Assembly: GCF_006345805.1 (NCBI RefSeq)
Contig: NC_042997.1
Coordinates: 159,588,001 to 159,652,000, forward strand
Direction of reading: 5' to 3'
DNA from: Octopus sinensis
Taxonomy: Eukaryota
Length of the DNA: 64,000 nucleotides
Positions 37,901 through 50,832 of this stretch are shown here, piece by piece; position 1 is the stretch's first letter; each line of letters starts with the position of its first letter. Both the position numbers and the translations under genes were made by a program. The notes under the pieces are model-generated. The model saw only the letters and a program-made list of their open reading frames with translations, was not told where the DNA came from and searched no databases.

Positions 37901-38109
37901 TAGCTGACGATACCTCCACATACCGGAAGAGCTATTTCTAGCACTAGAGTTAACCTATTTAACGTAAACTCTCTTATATTTACGGATAAATATGTATTGT
38001 CTCCCTGCTTGGTCGCTTGGTGTTAAGATAAGGGTATTATTAAATTAATATCTAATTTTTAACCCTCATTTTTGAATTTATGTATATATATTATATATTC
38101 TATTTATAT

Positions 38110-39184
38110 ATATTTTCTTTTTTTCTGTAGTTTTGCTACACTCTCATTACTGAGAGCCTCCAATAATATGTGTCACTTGCTGAAGAATGGAGTTTGATAT
38201 AGCTACCTTCATTTGCACCTCTTGGGAATCTCGATAAGAAGAGGTCCAGCTTTGATTTAAAAACGCCTACATCTACTTTGTGCAGGTTCCTCAGGCTCTT
38301 TGGGAGAATATTAAAAGCTGTGGGCCCTTGGAACCCAGGCTGTTGCAGTAACTTGTCCTGAAGTGCGATGGCGTTGCTGGAATCTTTGGCACTATGCAGT
38401 GTCGTCCCGTTCTGTAATTGATGTAGCTTTCAATACCAAAATTTGGCACAATTCCTTCCAGGATCTTCCAGATGTATATTACTGCATACCTCTCCCGCCT
38501 TCTCTCCAGGGAGTAGAGTCTTAGCTGTTTCAGCCTTTCCCAGTAGCTGAGCAGTTGCAAAGAGACGATCTTCTTTGTGAATCTTCTCTGGATTGCTTCA
38601 AGGTCCACTGTAAATTTCACACTGTTGGGTGACTATAGCTGTGAGCAGTAATTCAGGCGACTAAGGACGAATGTCCTCCAGAGGACCATCATGATTTCCT
38701 TATCTTTGGTTCTGAATGTTCTCAGGATCCAGCCAGCCAGTCGTCTACACTTTGTCGCCATCCTGGTAATGTGCACTTGGAAAGAAGTATCATCACTCAT
38801 GTCGATACCCAGGTCCCTCACTGATTTAGGCTCTGGGATTGAAATTCCCTGTGAACCAGTGTACTCTGGAAGTTTCATATTCAGTTTTGGACGCTGGTAG
38901 TGCAGGGCTTGGAATTTTTCAGCATTAAAATGTATATTATTATCCTCAGCCCATATGTAACTTGAGTCCAACTCCTGCTGCAGATGCGCAACATCGCTGG
39001 GGTTCTGTATTTTCTGCGATACTTTCGTATCGTCTGCATAGCTTGCAAAGGTAGCTATTCGGGTTCTCGGGGGCATATCTGAGAGGGCCACTATAAAAAG
39101 CAGTGGTCCCAAGACAGTACCTTGTGGAACACTGCTTACTATTTGTGTTTTCATAGAGGTAGCTCCATTAGCCAATACTTCCAT
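38110..39184 (-). mobile_element. CR1-clade LINE 3' part
   Basis: SSVPQGTVLGPLLF, SYADDTKV, VRDLGIDM, RTFVLSRLNYCSQL, LEAIQRRFTK, LYSLERRRERY; same family as 29150-30270. Confidence 0.9.
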
Positions 39185-39385
39185 GACTTTTATGCTATAT
39201 TCATATACATATATTTTATATATACTTATATATATTGTATATATATATATTATATATACATATATATATTATACATATTTATATATGTATTATATTTATA
39301 TTTGTATATATATTTATATACATATATTTGCATATATATGTGTATATATATGTGTATATATATGTGTATATATATGTATATATAT

Positions 39386-39828
39386 ATAATCAAAGTAAGC
39401 ATCAATGATATCCAAAGGTAGTGTAGTGCAATCGTTTCATGCTAGTTCATTTAATTAAACTCATTAGTCCTATGGATAAGGAGCCACATATATGCGTCCT
39501 TAATTCACCTCTTTGTCTATATACCTACCCTCTTTGTAATGTTGGCAAATGGAATAAGTATAAAAATGAACATTTAATTAAAAAAATTACATATGTGGTT
39601 GAAGAGTGCTCTACATTTTAAAACTGATTTAATACTTACGTTGTTTAATTAAATGATGTAGCATGAAACGATTGTACCACACTACCTTTGGATATCCTTG
39701 CTGCTTATTTTGATTATACTTACCCCATTTGAATTATATGGATAATACCATATCAAATTCTGGTGCCTTTAACTTAAGTACCATATTCATCTGAATCTAA
39801 ACTTTTGTTGAACTTATAATACCATACA

Positions 39829-39830
<2 letters not shown>
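39386..39830 (+). mobile_element. PLE pLTR fragment with 75-bp inverted arm (39386-39460 vs 39643-39717)
   Basis: Inverted repeat visible with several mismatches; contains HHR motif; embedded in (TA)n. Confidence 0.7.
39594..39681 (+). ncRNA. Hammerhead-like motif (C3U core variant), extended stem II
   Basis: UGUGG-[UUGAAGA]-GUGC..UACAU..AUGUA-GCAU-[GAAA]-C(GAUU)G-[UA]-CCACA; 5-bp stem I; same stem III as 21141-21183. Confidence 0.65.
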
Positions 39831-40315
<485 letters not shown>

Positions 40316-40344
40316 CATAAATAACAAATGAAATACAGAAGAAG

Positions 40345-41546
40345 GAATATACGAGAATTGGTGACGCGCATCCTCGATGATAGTGATGCTGTTGACATCG
40401 TTTTACTGGACTTTGCCAAAGCTTTTGACTCGGTAAACCACCGCCTATTGCTTGTCAAGCTTCAAGCATATAGTTTCCATCCGGATATTGTACGATGGGT
40501 TGGTGCCTTCCTCTCAGATCGCTCCTTCCAAGTCCAAGTTAATGGTTCGCGGTCCGACGTCTCCAGTGCGAGCAGTGGCGTGCCTCAAGGTTCAGTGCTT
40601 TATAAATGAAGGTTAGTCTTCATAAATGACTTGCCCGACGACCTCACGCAACACACCCTTCTATTTGCCGACGATATCAAACTGGTCGCTCCTCGCGGTA
40701 ATATGGAGGATCTTCGTCGATGCCTTCACCAAATTTGGAAGTGGTCTAACAATTGGGACCTGTGTCTGAACGTGTCAAAGTGCTGTCATCTGCCTGTCGG
40801 CTCTACTCCTGCAACTCAACTTGATTTCGAGCCGGGTCGTCTGCTGCTGGAGAGGACCGATCAGGTAAAGGACCTAGGTATCTTGGTGGATTCCTCCTTT
40901 TCGCCTTCGGCCCAGTGCGTCCATGCTGCCAACATACACGCGGAATTCTGTTCTTGATTCGACGGTCATTCGGAATGCTCACAGCAGCCATATTCCTACC
41001 ACTCTATGTCACGCTGGTGAGACCCATATTGGAGTATGGGATTCAAGCCTCTTCTCCTTATCTCCTCAAAGACATACAGCATCTCGAAAGAGTCCAGAAG
41101 CTGGCTACCCGCATGGTTCATGGTCTCAAAAATTTGTCCTACGAAGAAAGGCTGAGGACGCTCGACCTTTATTCTCTTGAAATCACCGCCGCCGTGGTGA
41201 TCTTATTCTCGCCCACAACATCATAAGCGGAAAGTGTAACCTCTCGAAAGAGCTGTTCTTCACTCCTGCTCCAGAGCGTCGGCTGCGGGGTCATTCCGAA
41301 AAGCTCTACCTGCGACGATTTCATCTCAATCGAAAGAGAGGAGCTTTCTCCGTCCGGGTTGCGGATCCGTGGAACAAGCTGCCAGACGAGATGGTGAAGA
41401 TGCCGACGACCGCTTTGTTCAAAGCCTCCCTTGACCTCAAGTGGCCTGAACTCTTTACATGAACACCACCCTGTACCTAACTCCATGTCCCCCTACATGG
41501 CCTTGCTATTTGCTTTTGAGCCAAATTAACTAACTAACTAACTAAC
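40345..41546 (+). mobile_element. 5'-truncated CR1-clade LINE with 3' UTR and (TAAC)n tail
   Basis: [62 protein letters not shown]; 3' stem-loop CCATGT(CCCCCT)ACATGG; tail TAACTAACTAAC. Confidence 0.92.
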
Positions 41547-42447
41547 ATATTATTAATCACAATTGTTTCGACACATCTACCATCGACCGTTCTTGTGGGA
41601 CACACAAAAACTGGTTCAGGAGTAGTTGGTGGTGCAGACGTATTTCGTCAGGTGATAAAAAAATCTCGTTAAAATAACTGTTCCATAATGCAACTTACCG
41701 CTTTGTAGAGAGAAAAGCAGGAGGAAAATTCTCCATATATATAGAAGATCCAAAAATAAAATTGGCGAAGACAAAAAGAGAAACGAACACTTAATCAAGC
41801 GAGAATAGTATTGAAAATAGCTGTTAACAGATATTGATGCATAAACGCCCCCGGGTAAGCAGCATGGCACGAATACACAAGCTCATACAAGCATTAGCAA
41901 AAATGTGAGCATACGCACACGTGAGGTTAAGCGCACTCATAATTGCAAAGCGAGTTAGATATTTAGTAGGTGTTTAGAAGAACGGGGAGGTTTAAAGCTA
42001 ATTTAAGTCATCCATACTTTAAAGTAAAATAAAATAAAATTACACTAAGTTAACGGTTACTCAAAATTCATTCTCACTGCATCGTGCGAACGTACATTTT
42101 TATGCGTGTAGGCGTCTCGATAATCTTTCAGAAATTCTATTAAGTGTCTTTTCATTAGTCCACAGAATAGACTGGGATTTCTCGGAGCAGAGACGGCATC
42201 TCCTGGAAATTGCACTGTTTTGTTTTACATGTCTAACTATGAACCAAGTAATGTAGTATTTTGTACTAACCTCCTTCAGTCGCCATATAAAATCTGCCAA
42301 AGATGTCGAATGTCTCTTATTGATTGACTTAAAGCAGGCAACATGATTACGATAACGATTCTTAAATGAATCAGCCGTCTGCCCAATGTAAACATAGGAC
42401 CCTTCCATTCTGTGCACGGTACATTTATATACAAAATTTGTACTCAT
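41547..42447 (-). mobile_element. 3' part of a Penelope-like element: GIY-YIG endonuclease + 3' region + HHR
   Basis: ORF 42100-42447 FVYKCTV...YVYIGQTADSFKNRYRNH..STSLADFIWRLK..CRLC; HHR ~450 nt downstream on the same strand. Confidence 0.85.
41556..41656 (-). ncRNA. Hammerhead-like motif, canonical CUGACGA core, long stem II, damaged cleavage region
   Basis: AUCAC-[CUGACGA]-AAUACGUCU..AGAUGUGUC-[GAAA]-CAAUU-GUGAU; 5-bp stem I; stem III/UH region appears ~2 nt short. Confidence 0.55.
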
Positions 42448-44173
42448 ACAGATTCATCAAAGGACAAATGTATTCCTGCCACAGACAGTGTTTGACCGTG
42501 CGCTTTGTTAATTGACATTGCGAAACATGACCTTACTGGGAACTGGGTCCTCCGAAATATGAAAGGTAGGTCTGCTCCTGATGGGAAAAGATGCATCCTA
42601 GGTATGCCTCGACCGCACCCTGTGATAATGGTGGCCTCAATCAGATTGGGAGATAAGGACTTAACGATGAAACGTGTGCCATTGCATTGTTTTGGGGGAA
42701 CCAAATTTCTAATGAGCATTATAGGGGCACCAACAGAAGTTCGCATACAACTCCGTTGTTAATTCAGTCCGGGCCAAAGCTGGGGGGATTTTTTTCCTGG
42801 ACGCTCCTGGGGGCACTGGGAAAACTATCTAAGCCAATATTAATTTATCAGAATATGGATTGGATTGGCCAAAGGACTATTCTGGCTCCGAGGAATAAGA
42901 CTGTTCACCATATTAATGATGAAATGCTAAAACTCATTCCTGGGGATGTCTATGTATATAAGTCTATCGATACAACTCCTGACCCAGAGGACGTCATCAA
43001 CTATCCAATAGAAGTACTCAATTCCTTTGAGCCCCCCCGGACTACCACCACACATTGTGCTCATACCTAGGATGCATCTTTTCCCATCAGGAGCAGACCT
43101 ACCTTTCATATTTCGGAGGACCCAGTTCCCAGTAAGGTCATGTTTCGCAATGTTAATTAACAAAGCGCACGGTCAAACACTGTCTGTGGCAGGAATACAT
43201 TTGGGAGAGCCATGTTTCTCTCATGGTCAGCTTTATGTTGCCTGCTCGCGTGTCGACAGCAACAGTGATGCTTTCGCATTCGTTCCTCAACGAAAAACAA
43301 AAAAAAACATTGTGTACAAGGAGGTTTTATAGGATTACGTTTCATCATTTTCGAACACGTTAGTATTTCACTTACATACGACTCCCTTTTATGATGGCAT
43401 TTACATTTTTAGGCGTTTCATGACATTAATTCACACTTAACCAACACCTGTCCTTCGCTCACCTCTATTTCTATCCATTCATCATCAAACCACCAGCCTC
43501 ATCTTCTATATCCAACGTACATGACACATCTACCCCCTACATCTACACTCTCACTGTTAAAGTTTACATAAGCGACAACACGATCGCAACATACACTTTG
43601 GAAACTAAGCAACAGATCATTTTATACAACAACAAATTTAATCAAAACGCCCATCAATGAAAACATCTCCACCACTGTGTTGTGATTCATCTATTCAGTA
43701 CCACTACAGTCTTGCCGGTCTGACATGTGGTGAGTAGATGCTATTGTTCTATATTTTATAAATTACCCATATTTACTTACCCATGCTTCATTCCCCTCTT
43801 GCCTACATAGGGCATCCATTCTCTTTTAACACAGCATGAAGTTTTGTAACAGCACATCCGCTGCCGTTCGTGCAAAACGAAGAAACCCTATTCACCTGCG
43901 AACGTTTTACACCGCCTTCCACGACTATCAAATTCTTACAATTATGAGAACAATAACATGGCTCTTTTCAAGGCAACCTCGCATTCAATTCTTACACCAT
44001 TCTACGAGAGGTTAGGAACCCTTTTACACGGCGGCTTTCAATACACTTACAAATACATTCATTCGCCGTAAACTTATATCAATATTTGCCTGAATAATCA
44101 TCATAATTCAGTGCAATCATTAACAGTACTTTCAAGCAATTCAGCCCCGAGCATCGCCGGGCAATTCTGCTAG
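42448..44173 (+). mobile_element. Helitron 3' part: PIF1-like helicase remnant with local inversion-duplication and intact 3' terminus
   Basis: ILAPRNKTVHHIN, YPIEVLNS..PPGLPPH, RTQFPVRSCFAM.INKAHGQTL, FSHGQLYVACSRV, NIVYKEVL*; terminal hairpin GCCCCGAGCATCGCCGGGC then CTAG (44170-44173) followed by T. Confidence 0.88.
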
Positions 44174-45310
44174 TACTCAATAAGGCCCTAATTTATGCAA
44201 TGAATAAGGTAGGAATGACTTATGATAAAGTTAATGTTATTAAAACAGCTAGGAAAATGTTGATTAGAAATAATAATAAATTTTGGGCTAGGAAGTATAC
44301 TAGGGACTTTTTGATATACCTATGGGGGCACCCGATTCTGCACAGGCAACTGATTTAATAGGTATTTATTTATTATCGAAACTTCAATTAGAAAAATTAA
44401 AGTTGGAGGGCGGTCTATATAGGGATGACCTTTTATTAATAACTAAGAATTGCACCAATAGAACACTAGAATTATATAAGAAGAAACTATACAGTTTTTT
44501 AAAAAGATGCGGATTGAGTATTACTACATATAATGAGAACTATAATGTTAATTATTTAGATGCTAATTTTAATTTAATAACAGATAAAACCCAACCATTC
44601 CATAAAATTAATGAAAACCTTAGATATATTAATGCTAATAGTAATCATCTGCCTCTATAAAGAAATCATTAATTGATAATACAGGTAAAAGAATATCGTT
44701 GCTTTCTTCTAATTGTGAGATTTTCCAAAAATACGCACCTTATTATAATGAAGCCCTGCAAGAGGCGGGATATAATATTAATATTAAATTCTTTAATAAT
44801 TCTAAATAGGATTATAATATAAAAGATTATAATATAAATGATACCTAAATTTTTTGTAATAATAAACCTAACATTTAGAATTATTATGATACGTTTTATT
44901 TAGGTAATTATGGTATTAATAATATGTATTATGATAATACAAAACATAAATATAATAGACTTAAAAATATGGTTAAATTTAATTCATTTAATGATAATAA
45001 TAAATTTAATAATATAAAAAATAAATATAATAATATTAATAATAAGAACAAAATTTGGTTAATTATTACTTATGGAGCTCAAGTTAAAACAAACATTGTT
45101 AAAGAGATTTTAACTATAATTGAAGTATTCATTAGAAATAATAAAAAATATAATAATATTTTTTCTAGTAATAATTTTGGAGTTGGTTATTCTACTACTA
45201 ATAATGTAGGTAACATTATTTCTTCTTTTAATAATTTTAAGCTGCATAAGTTTTACAAAAACAAATCAAATAATTATTCTAATAATAATAATAATAATAA
45301 TAATAACAAT

Positions 45311-45999
45311 AGACCATCTCGTTTCGGGATGTCCTGTGCTGACACCAAACGAATACAAAAATCGCCACGATAGGGTAGGACAGTATATACATTGGAAGAT
45401 ATGTAAACACTACAAATTCGGCACTCCTGCTAACTGGTATGAACACCATCCTCAGCCAGTTGTTGAAGGTAAAGATGTCACCATCCTCTGGGATTTTCCA
45501 GTCAACACTGACAGAACGATCAAGGCTAATCGACCAGACATAATTGTTAAAGACAGGGAAGAAAATACCTGCAGACTAATAGAGGTAAGCGTCCCCACTG
45601 ATAAAAATGTATCTGTAAAGGAATTTGACAAACTTAGTAAATATAAGGACCTGGAAATCGAAATACAAATGATGTGGAATCTTAAAACAAAAACTGTTCC
45701 TGTTATTGTAGGTGCCCTAGGTATGATAAAAAAGGGATGTCAGAAACACCTAGACAATATCTCTGGAGAACCATGTCTCAAGGAAATCCAAAAGATTGTG
45801 CTAACAAGTACTGCCCACATCCTTAGAAAAACCCTATCAATGTAAATGTTTGTGTTTCTATTACATGGAGATATTTATCTACTTCCCCTCCCCAAGCTTT
45901 CAGCTATATTTCAACAACTCTTAACTTTCACTTGCTCTAGGGCGCTGGGTGTGCCCCGGCAAGTGATTGCATCAAACATGCAGATTAAAAGTAAATGAC

Positions 46000-46000
<1 letters not shown>
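45311..46000 (+). mobile_element. 5'-truncated R4/Dong-clade element (RLE + 3' UTR) between (AAT)n tracts
   Basis: ORF 45336-45845 EYKNRHDRVGQYIHW..TILWDF..ANRPDIIV..LIEVSVP..VPVIVGALG..TAHILRKTLSM*. Confidence 0.9.
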
Positions 46001-46031
<31 letters not shown>

Positions 46032-46174
46032 TATAATTAATTGTTCGTGTAGAGATAAAACTAAATATTAATTTAATAATAAATGTAATTTCGATGATAC
46101 AGTATATAAATGTGTAGTGACTTTGATTCATGATAACAGTAGGAATGGTTATAATTTAAATGCAATTCACATAC

Positions 46175-46870
46175 TCTTTTTCTCTTTTACTCTTTTACTT
46201 GTTTCAGTCATTTGATTGCGGCCATGCTGGAGCACCGCCTTTAATCGAGCAAATCGACCCCGGGGCTTATTCTTTTTGTAAGCCCAGTACTTATTCTATC
46301 GGTCTCTTTTGCCGAACCGCTAAGTAACGGGGACATAGACACACCAGCATCGATTGTCAAGCAATGCTAGGGGAACAAACACAGACACACAAACACACAC
46401 ACGCATATAGATACATACATATATATGACGGGCTTCTTTCAGTTTCCATCTATTCGAGTTTGGGGTTAACTTCATATAATTTTTGTTTTGATTCTCTTTG
46501 GAATTACTTTTTTCATAGTTTGGGTTTGGCTGCCCTTTTTAGCATAAAAGGTGTCCTGTCAAGGGTCACCTCTCTGTATAAGTACTTATACACTCTTATA
46601 TGAAGATATGTTGTCTATAGACTTTTATTATGTATGCTAGCCACCGGTATGAACATTTTTCTAAATTTTCTACCGTTATAATTTTCACAGTATATATACA
46701 TATATATATTACAGGCTTTTTTTCGGTTTCTGTCTACCAAATACACTTAGAAGGCTTTGGTTGACCCAAAGCTATAGTAGAAGGCACTTGCCCAGAGTGC
46801 CACACAGTGAGACTGAATCTGGGACCAAGTGGTTGTGAAATAAACTTGTTATCACACAGTCATGCCTGCA
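46175..46870 (-). mobile_element. SINE family 3 copy interrupted by a ~250-bp unrelated segment
   Basis: 3' part 46175-46445 and head 46715-46870 match 46891-47296. Confidence 0.7.
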
Positions 46871-46890
46871 TTCATATATATATATATATA

Positions 46891-47296
46891 TACTCTTTTA
46901 CTCTTTTACTTATTTCAGTCATTTGACTGCAGCCATGCTGGAGCACCACTTTTAGTCAAGTAAATCAACCCTAGGACTTATTCTTTGTAAGCCTAGTACT
47001 TATTCTATCGGTTCTTTTGCTGAACCGCTAAGTTACGGGGACGTAAACACACCAGCAATGGTTGTCAAGCGATGTTGGAGGGACAAACATAGATACACAC
47101 AGACACACACATATATACATATACACATTTACGATGGGCTTCTTTCAGTTTCCGTCTACCAAATCCCCTCACAAGGCTTTGGTCGGCCCGAGGCTATAGT
47201 AGAAGACACTTGCCCAAGGTGCCACGCAGTGGGACTGAACCCGGAACTATGTGGTTGGTAAACAAGCTACTTACCACACAACCACTCCTGCGCCTA
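46891..47296 (-). mobile_element. Full-length SINE family 3
   Basis: Minus-strand head GGCGCAGGAGTGGTTGTGTGGTAAGTAGCTTG..CCGGGTTCAGTCCC; tail (GTAAAAGA)n. Confidence 0.85.
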
Positions 47297-47779
47297 GGGT
47301 AGACTTCTGATAAAATTAAATTAAGGTGACTAAACACATGAATTCTTTTAAGAATAGAAATTTAATTAATTCTACTGACCTTAGTAAATATATATGGGAA
47401 TTATATCTAAAAATATTTGGTACAATTCAAATTAGGAGATAGTTTCTAAGGCAAAATCATATCGAATAGGTAGTAATTTTTGTTTATTATGTACTAACGA
47501 ATTTAAGGAGATATTATTAACGGCGGTGCATCAGCATGGTCGCAGCTCTGAGCTGAAACTTAAAAAAAACTAATAATAAAATTAATTAATTTTCTAGACG
47601 AACGAAAAATTAAATGTAGACATAAATTAAATTACTTATATAATGAGTTTAGCTAATTTTTGTATATATATAAACCTTGTTTTATGTTACTAATTCTTGT
47701 AGTTATAATTTGTAGTAGTAAAATGTGTATAAATTAGCACGAGATTATATAGTCTATATTACATAATTAGAATAAGTTG

Positions 47780-49040
47780 AAAACTAGATGTTTATAAAAG
47801 TTAAGATATGAGTGTGAGTCGGTGTGTTTGTAGTGGATAGAGGTAGTGAGAGCAGAGTGGTGTATGTTGACTGAAATGTCAAGAAATGCAAAGGTAATGA
47901 TGGGAATAGTGCAGGAGAATTCGAGGGCAGGATGGAAGGATTGGATGGCAGAGAGGAAGGAGTCTAGTTGCTTACGGAAGAGTGAGGTCGCACTGATACA
48001 GTTATCAATAAAACGACCATATAGTTCGGGAGTGGGACCAGTGAATCGTGAGAATACTTGGGTTTCAACGTAGCCAACGAGCAGGTTCACATAGTTGGGG
48101 ACCATCTTCGTTCCCATGGTCACTTCCGAGAGCTAAAAATCCCCTGGAACGAGAATCTGTTGAGAGAGACAAGTTTGGCCAGACGAAGAAGTGTGGAGGC
48201 TTCAAGTTGGGGTTCGGTAGAAGGTCTCGGAAGTTTTGAGTGCAAGGAGTTTTGAGAGGGTCCAGGAAGGAAGGGGAAAGACTTGAAGGGACGGAGAGCA
48301 TGGTTAGTGACATGGATGTAGAAGGGGAAGGAAGTCACTGGGTGGGGGGCAAAGACATGGTCGAGGGATTTTGAGATCAATTCCATGGGGCAGTTACGAG
48401 CGGAGAGAATGGGGTGGCCAGGGTTGTTGGGCTTGTGGATTTTGGCAAGGAACTAAATGGTGGGGGTGTGTTTAATGCGGACAATGAGGTTGGAGGCGAT
48501 GGGAGGAAGACGGGGGGTGGAGACGAGGTCGGTCATGAATAGTGGAGGACACAGTCTATTGGTAGTTAGACGTGGGGTAGGAGGGCAGAGGGCAATAGAA
48601 GGAGGTGTCCTGAAGTTGGCGGAGAGCTTGAGCTTTGTAGAGGTCTGCGCGCCTGCGCGCCACACCACTGCGGCTCCACACTTGTCAGTCGGTTTTATGA
48701 TGATGGGATGGTTGGCGGCCCAGGTTGGTGAAGCAGTCCTTTTCATTAGATGCAGGTGGAGTGTTGTGGAATAGTGATTATCACCTGGCACTCCGCACAA
48801 AGCTATGAATATCAGCACGGGTCTGAAGTTCGTTACTGGCTGGAGTGAGTGGGATGAACCGCAGACCTTCACTGAGAAGAGAGCACTCCGCCTTTGGGAG
48901 GGGAAGATCAGGAGGAATGGTAACAACGTACTGAAATAGGGAGGGCGTGGTTGAGTTAGACGTTGAGGAGCGGTTGGGTAGTGAAATGCTGGTAGGCAGT
49001 GGAAGGCTGGGAGGAGAGAGAGGAGGAGTAAGTGCGAAAC
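47780..49040 (-). mobile_element. GC-richer Penelope-like RT fragment, decayed
   Basis: IIIKPTDKCGAAVVW, PCQIHKPNNPGHPI, MGTKMVPNYVNLLVGYVE, YGRFIDNC, FHPALEFS, FAFLDI, TSIHYKHTDSHSYL. Confidence 0.8.
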
Positions 49041-49509
49041 CAATTTCATTAATTAGAAAAATGCTTAATTAGAAACAAGGCTTTTCTTACCAAAAGCGCA
49101 TACGTGAGAAAAAAACTTAAAACATTTCTATTGAAGAACTATTCCAGAAAATCACTTCAATAGCTTTACAAAATTTTAATAATCTTTAAAAATTTGTAAG
49201 GGAAAAGGAAAAGTGGTTGTCTTCGATTACTGCAGTTAGGTTTTATTCTATAATAATATTTTGGGGTAGATTTTATTCTATAAGTAATTCAAGCATGTTA
49301 GACGGATATATCCTCCGTTGAAAAATGGTTATCATATGAACTTTCCCTTTTCGCTTTGTCAAAGAACACAAAGCTAGAACACGTGTTGAAGTCACGACGT
49401 TCTTTGAGATTAAAGTCACGAGTGCTTAGGCTATGGAGGTGATTTTGACAGTGCGGAAATAAAGACATTGTTAAAAATCGACATAAGGACCCGGAAGATA
49501 TGCCGCTAA

Positions 49510-49965
49510 GCTTTTTGTACGTACGTATGTACGTACGTATATACGTACGTACGTATGTATGTATGTATGTATGTATGTATGTATGTATGTATGTATGTAT
49601 GTATGTACGAATGTACGTATGTATGTAAGTATGTATGTATGTACGTACGTACGTATGTATGTATGTTATTATTCAGTTTATGTCAAGATTATTTGCCAAT
49701 AGAGAAAGAACCAGTTTCTAATCTAGATCAAAGGCTCTTTGATTGGAATTTCAACATCAGCTGCAGTGTATGTATGTATGTATGTATGTATGTATGTATG
49801 TATGTATGTATGTATGTATGTATGTATGTATGTATGTATGTATGTATGCATGCATGCATGCATGCATGTATGTATGTATGCATGCATGTATGTATGTATG
49901 CATGTATGTATGTATGTATGTATGTATGTATGTATGTATGTATGTATGTATGTATGTATGTATGT
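49510..49965. repeat. (ATGT)n / (ATGC)n / (ACGT)n tetranucleotide tract with a ~100-bp non-repetitive insert (49670-49768)
   Basis: Directly visible. Confidence 0.9.
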
Positions 49966-50161
49966 CTGATATATGGCCACTCGACACACTAGCAATCATA
50001 CTGAAATACTCAGAGCTTTCTGTAAGAAAACCTTCGATTGCTGCTGCTGATTAAATTCACTTAGGTAAGACTGAATGCTGCTGTATCATTGAAATAATCT
50101 GGAAACAATTTTAATAACCGGTATTTATACTATTCTTGTGTATGCATCGTACGTATATATA

Positions 50162-50209
<48 letters not shown>

Positions 50210-50210
<1 letters not shown>

Positions 50211-50490
50211 CATTCATATTCTCCCTTCTCTGTTTTTTCTTCTTCTTCTTCTTCCTCTTCTTCTTCATCATCATCGTTATCATCATCATCGGCATCATCA
50301 TCATCGCCACCATCATCACCACCATCTTCTCCTTCTCCTCCTTCTTCTTCTTCTTCTTCTTCTTCTTCTTCATCATCATCGTTATCATCATCATCGTCGT
50401 CATAATCATCACCACCATCACCATCATCGTCATCTTCTCCTTCTCCTTCTCCTTCTTCTTCTTCTCTTCTTCTTCTTCTCCACCCCCTAC
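50210..50490. repeat. (CTT)n/(CAT)n compound repeat with an internally duplicated ~110-bp block
   Basis: Block TTCTTC-ATCATCATCGTTATCATC..ACCATC-TTCTCCTTCTCC occurs twice. Confidence 0.8.
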
Positions 50491-50832
50491 CCCTTAAGTT
50501 TGTCACTAATGTTTTTTAGTATAACACCTACGCTAATTCTATAAAGAAGCCTGTCAATATAAATATTCTCCTGAATTGAACTGAGACTGCCAGCCGCCAC
50601 TGACCATTCAAAATACGACCATCAGGGCACTCCCAGATTCTCCCACCCCCCTTTCCTCACCAGCCTTCTCTCTACTACCCTACCAAGAGCTCACAACTAC
50701 CTCGAACACACAAGTGCAAACAAGGGAGTCAGAGAAAGGCAGAATGCCACTTAAATCTGAACACTACTATAGAAATATTCTTTTAAAAAAACTTTTCTTC
50801 TAATTTTTCTAAATTTAATTATTTAATCGTTA

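Larger units (their letters stand above)
44185..47770 (+). mobile_element. AT-rich Penelope-like element (RT to GIY-YIG) split by an R4 fragment and SINEs
   Basis: RT: FDIPMGAPDSAQ..GLYRDDLL..NYLD (44322-44660); endonuclease pieces CSCRDK..NKCN..TVYKCVV (46030-46130) and G.TSD.IKLR..KHMNSFKN..STDLSKYIWEL..CLLC (47297-47520) in collinear order. Confidence 0.75.

Noticed and set aside
37900-37945. CTGACGA after TAG, possible hammerhead core
   Set aside because: No stem II and no GAAA at a compatible distance.
50168-50506. 112-aa acidic D/E-rich ORF on minus
   Set aside because: Lies entirely in (CTT)n/(CAT)n repeats and runs into (TA)n; no splice context.
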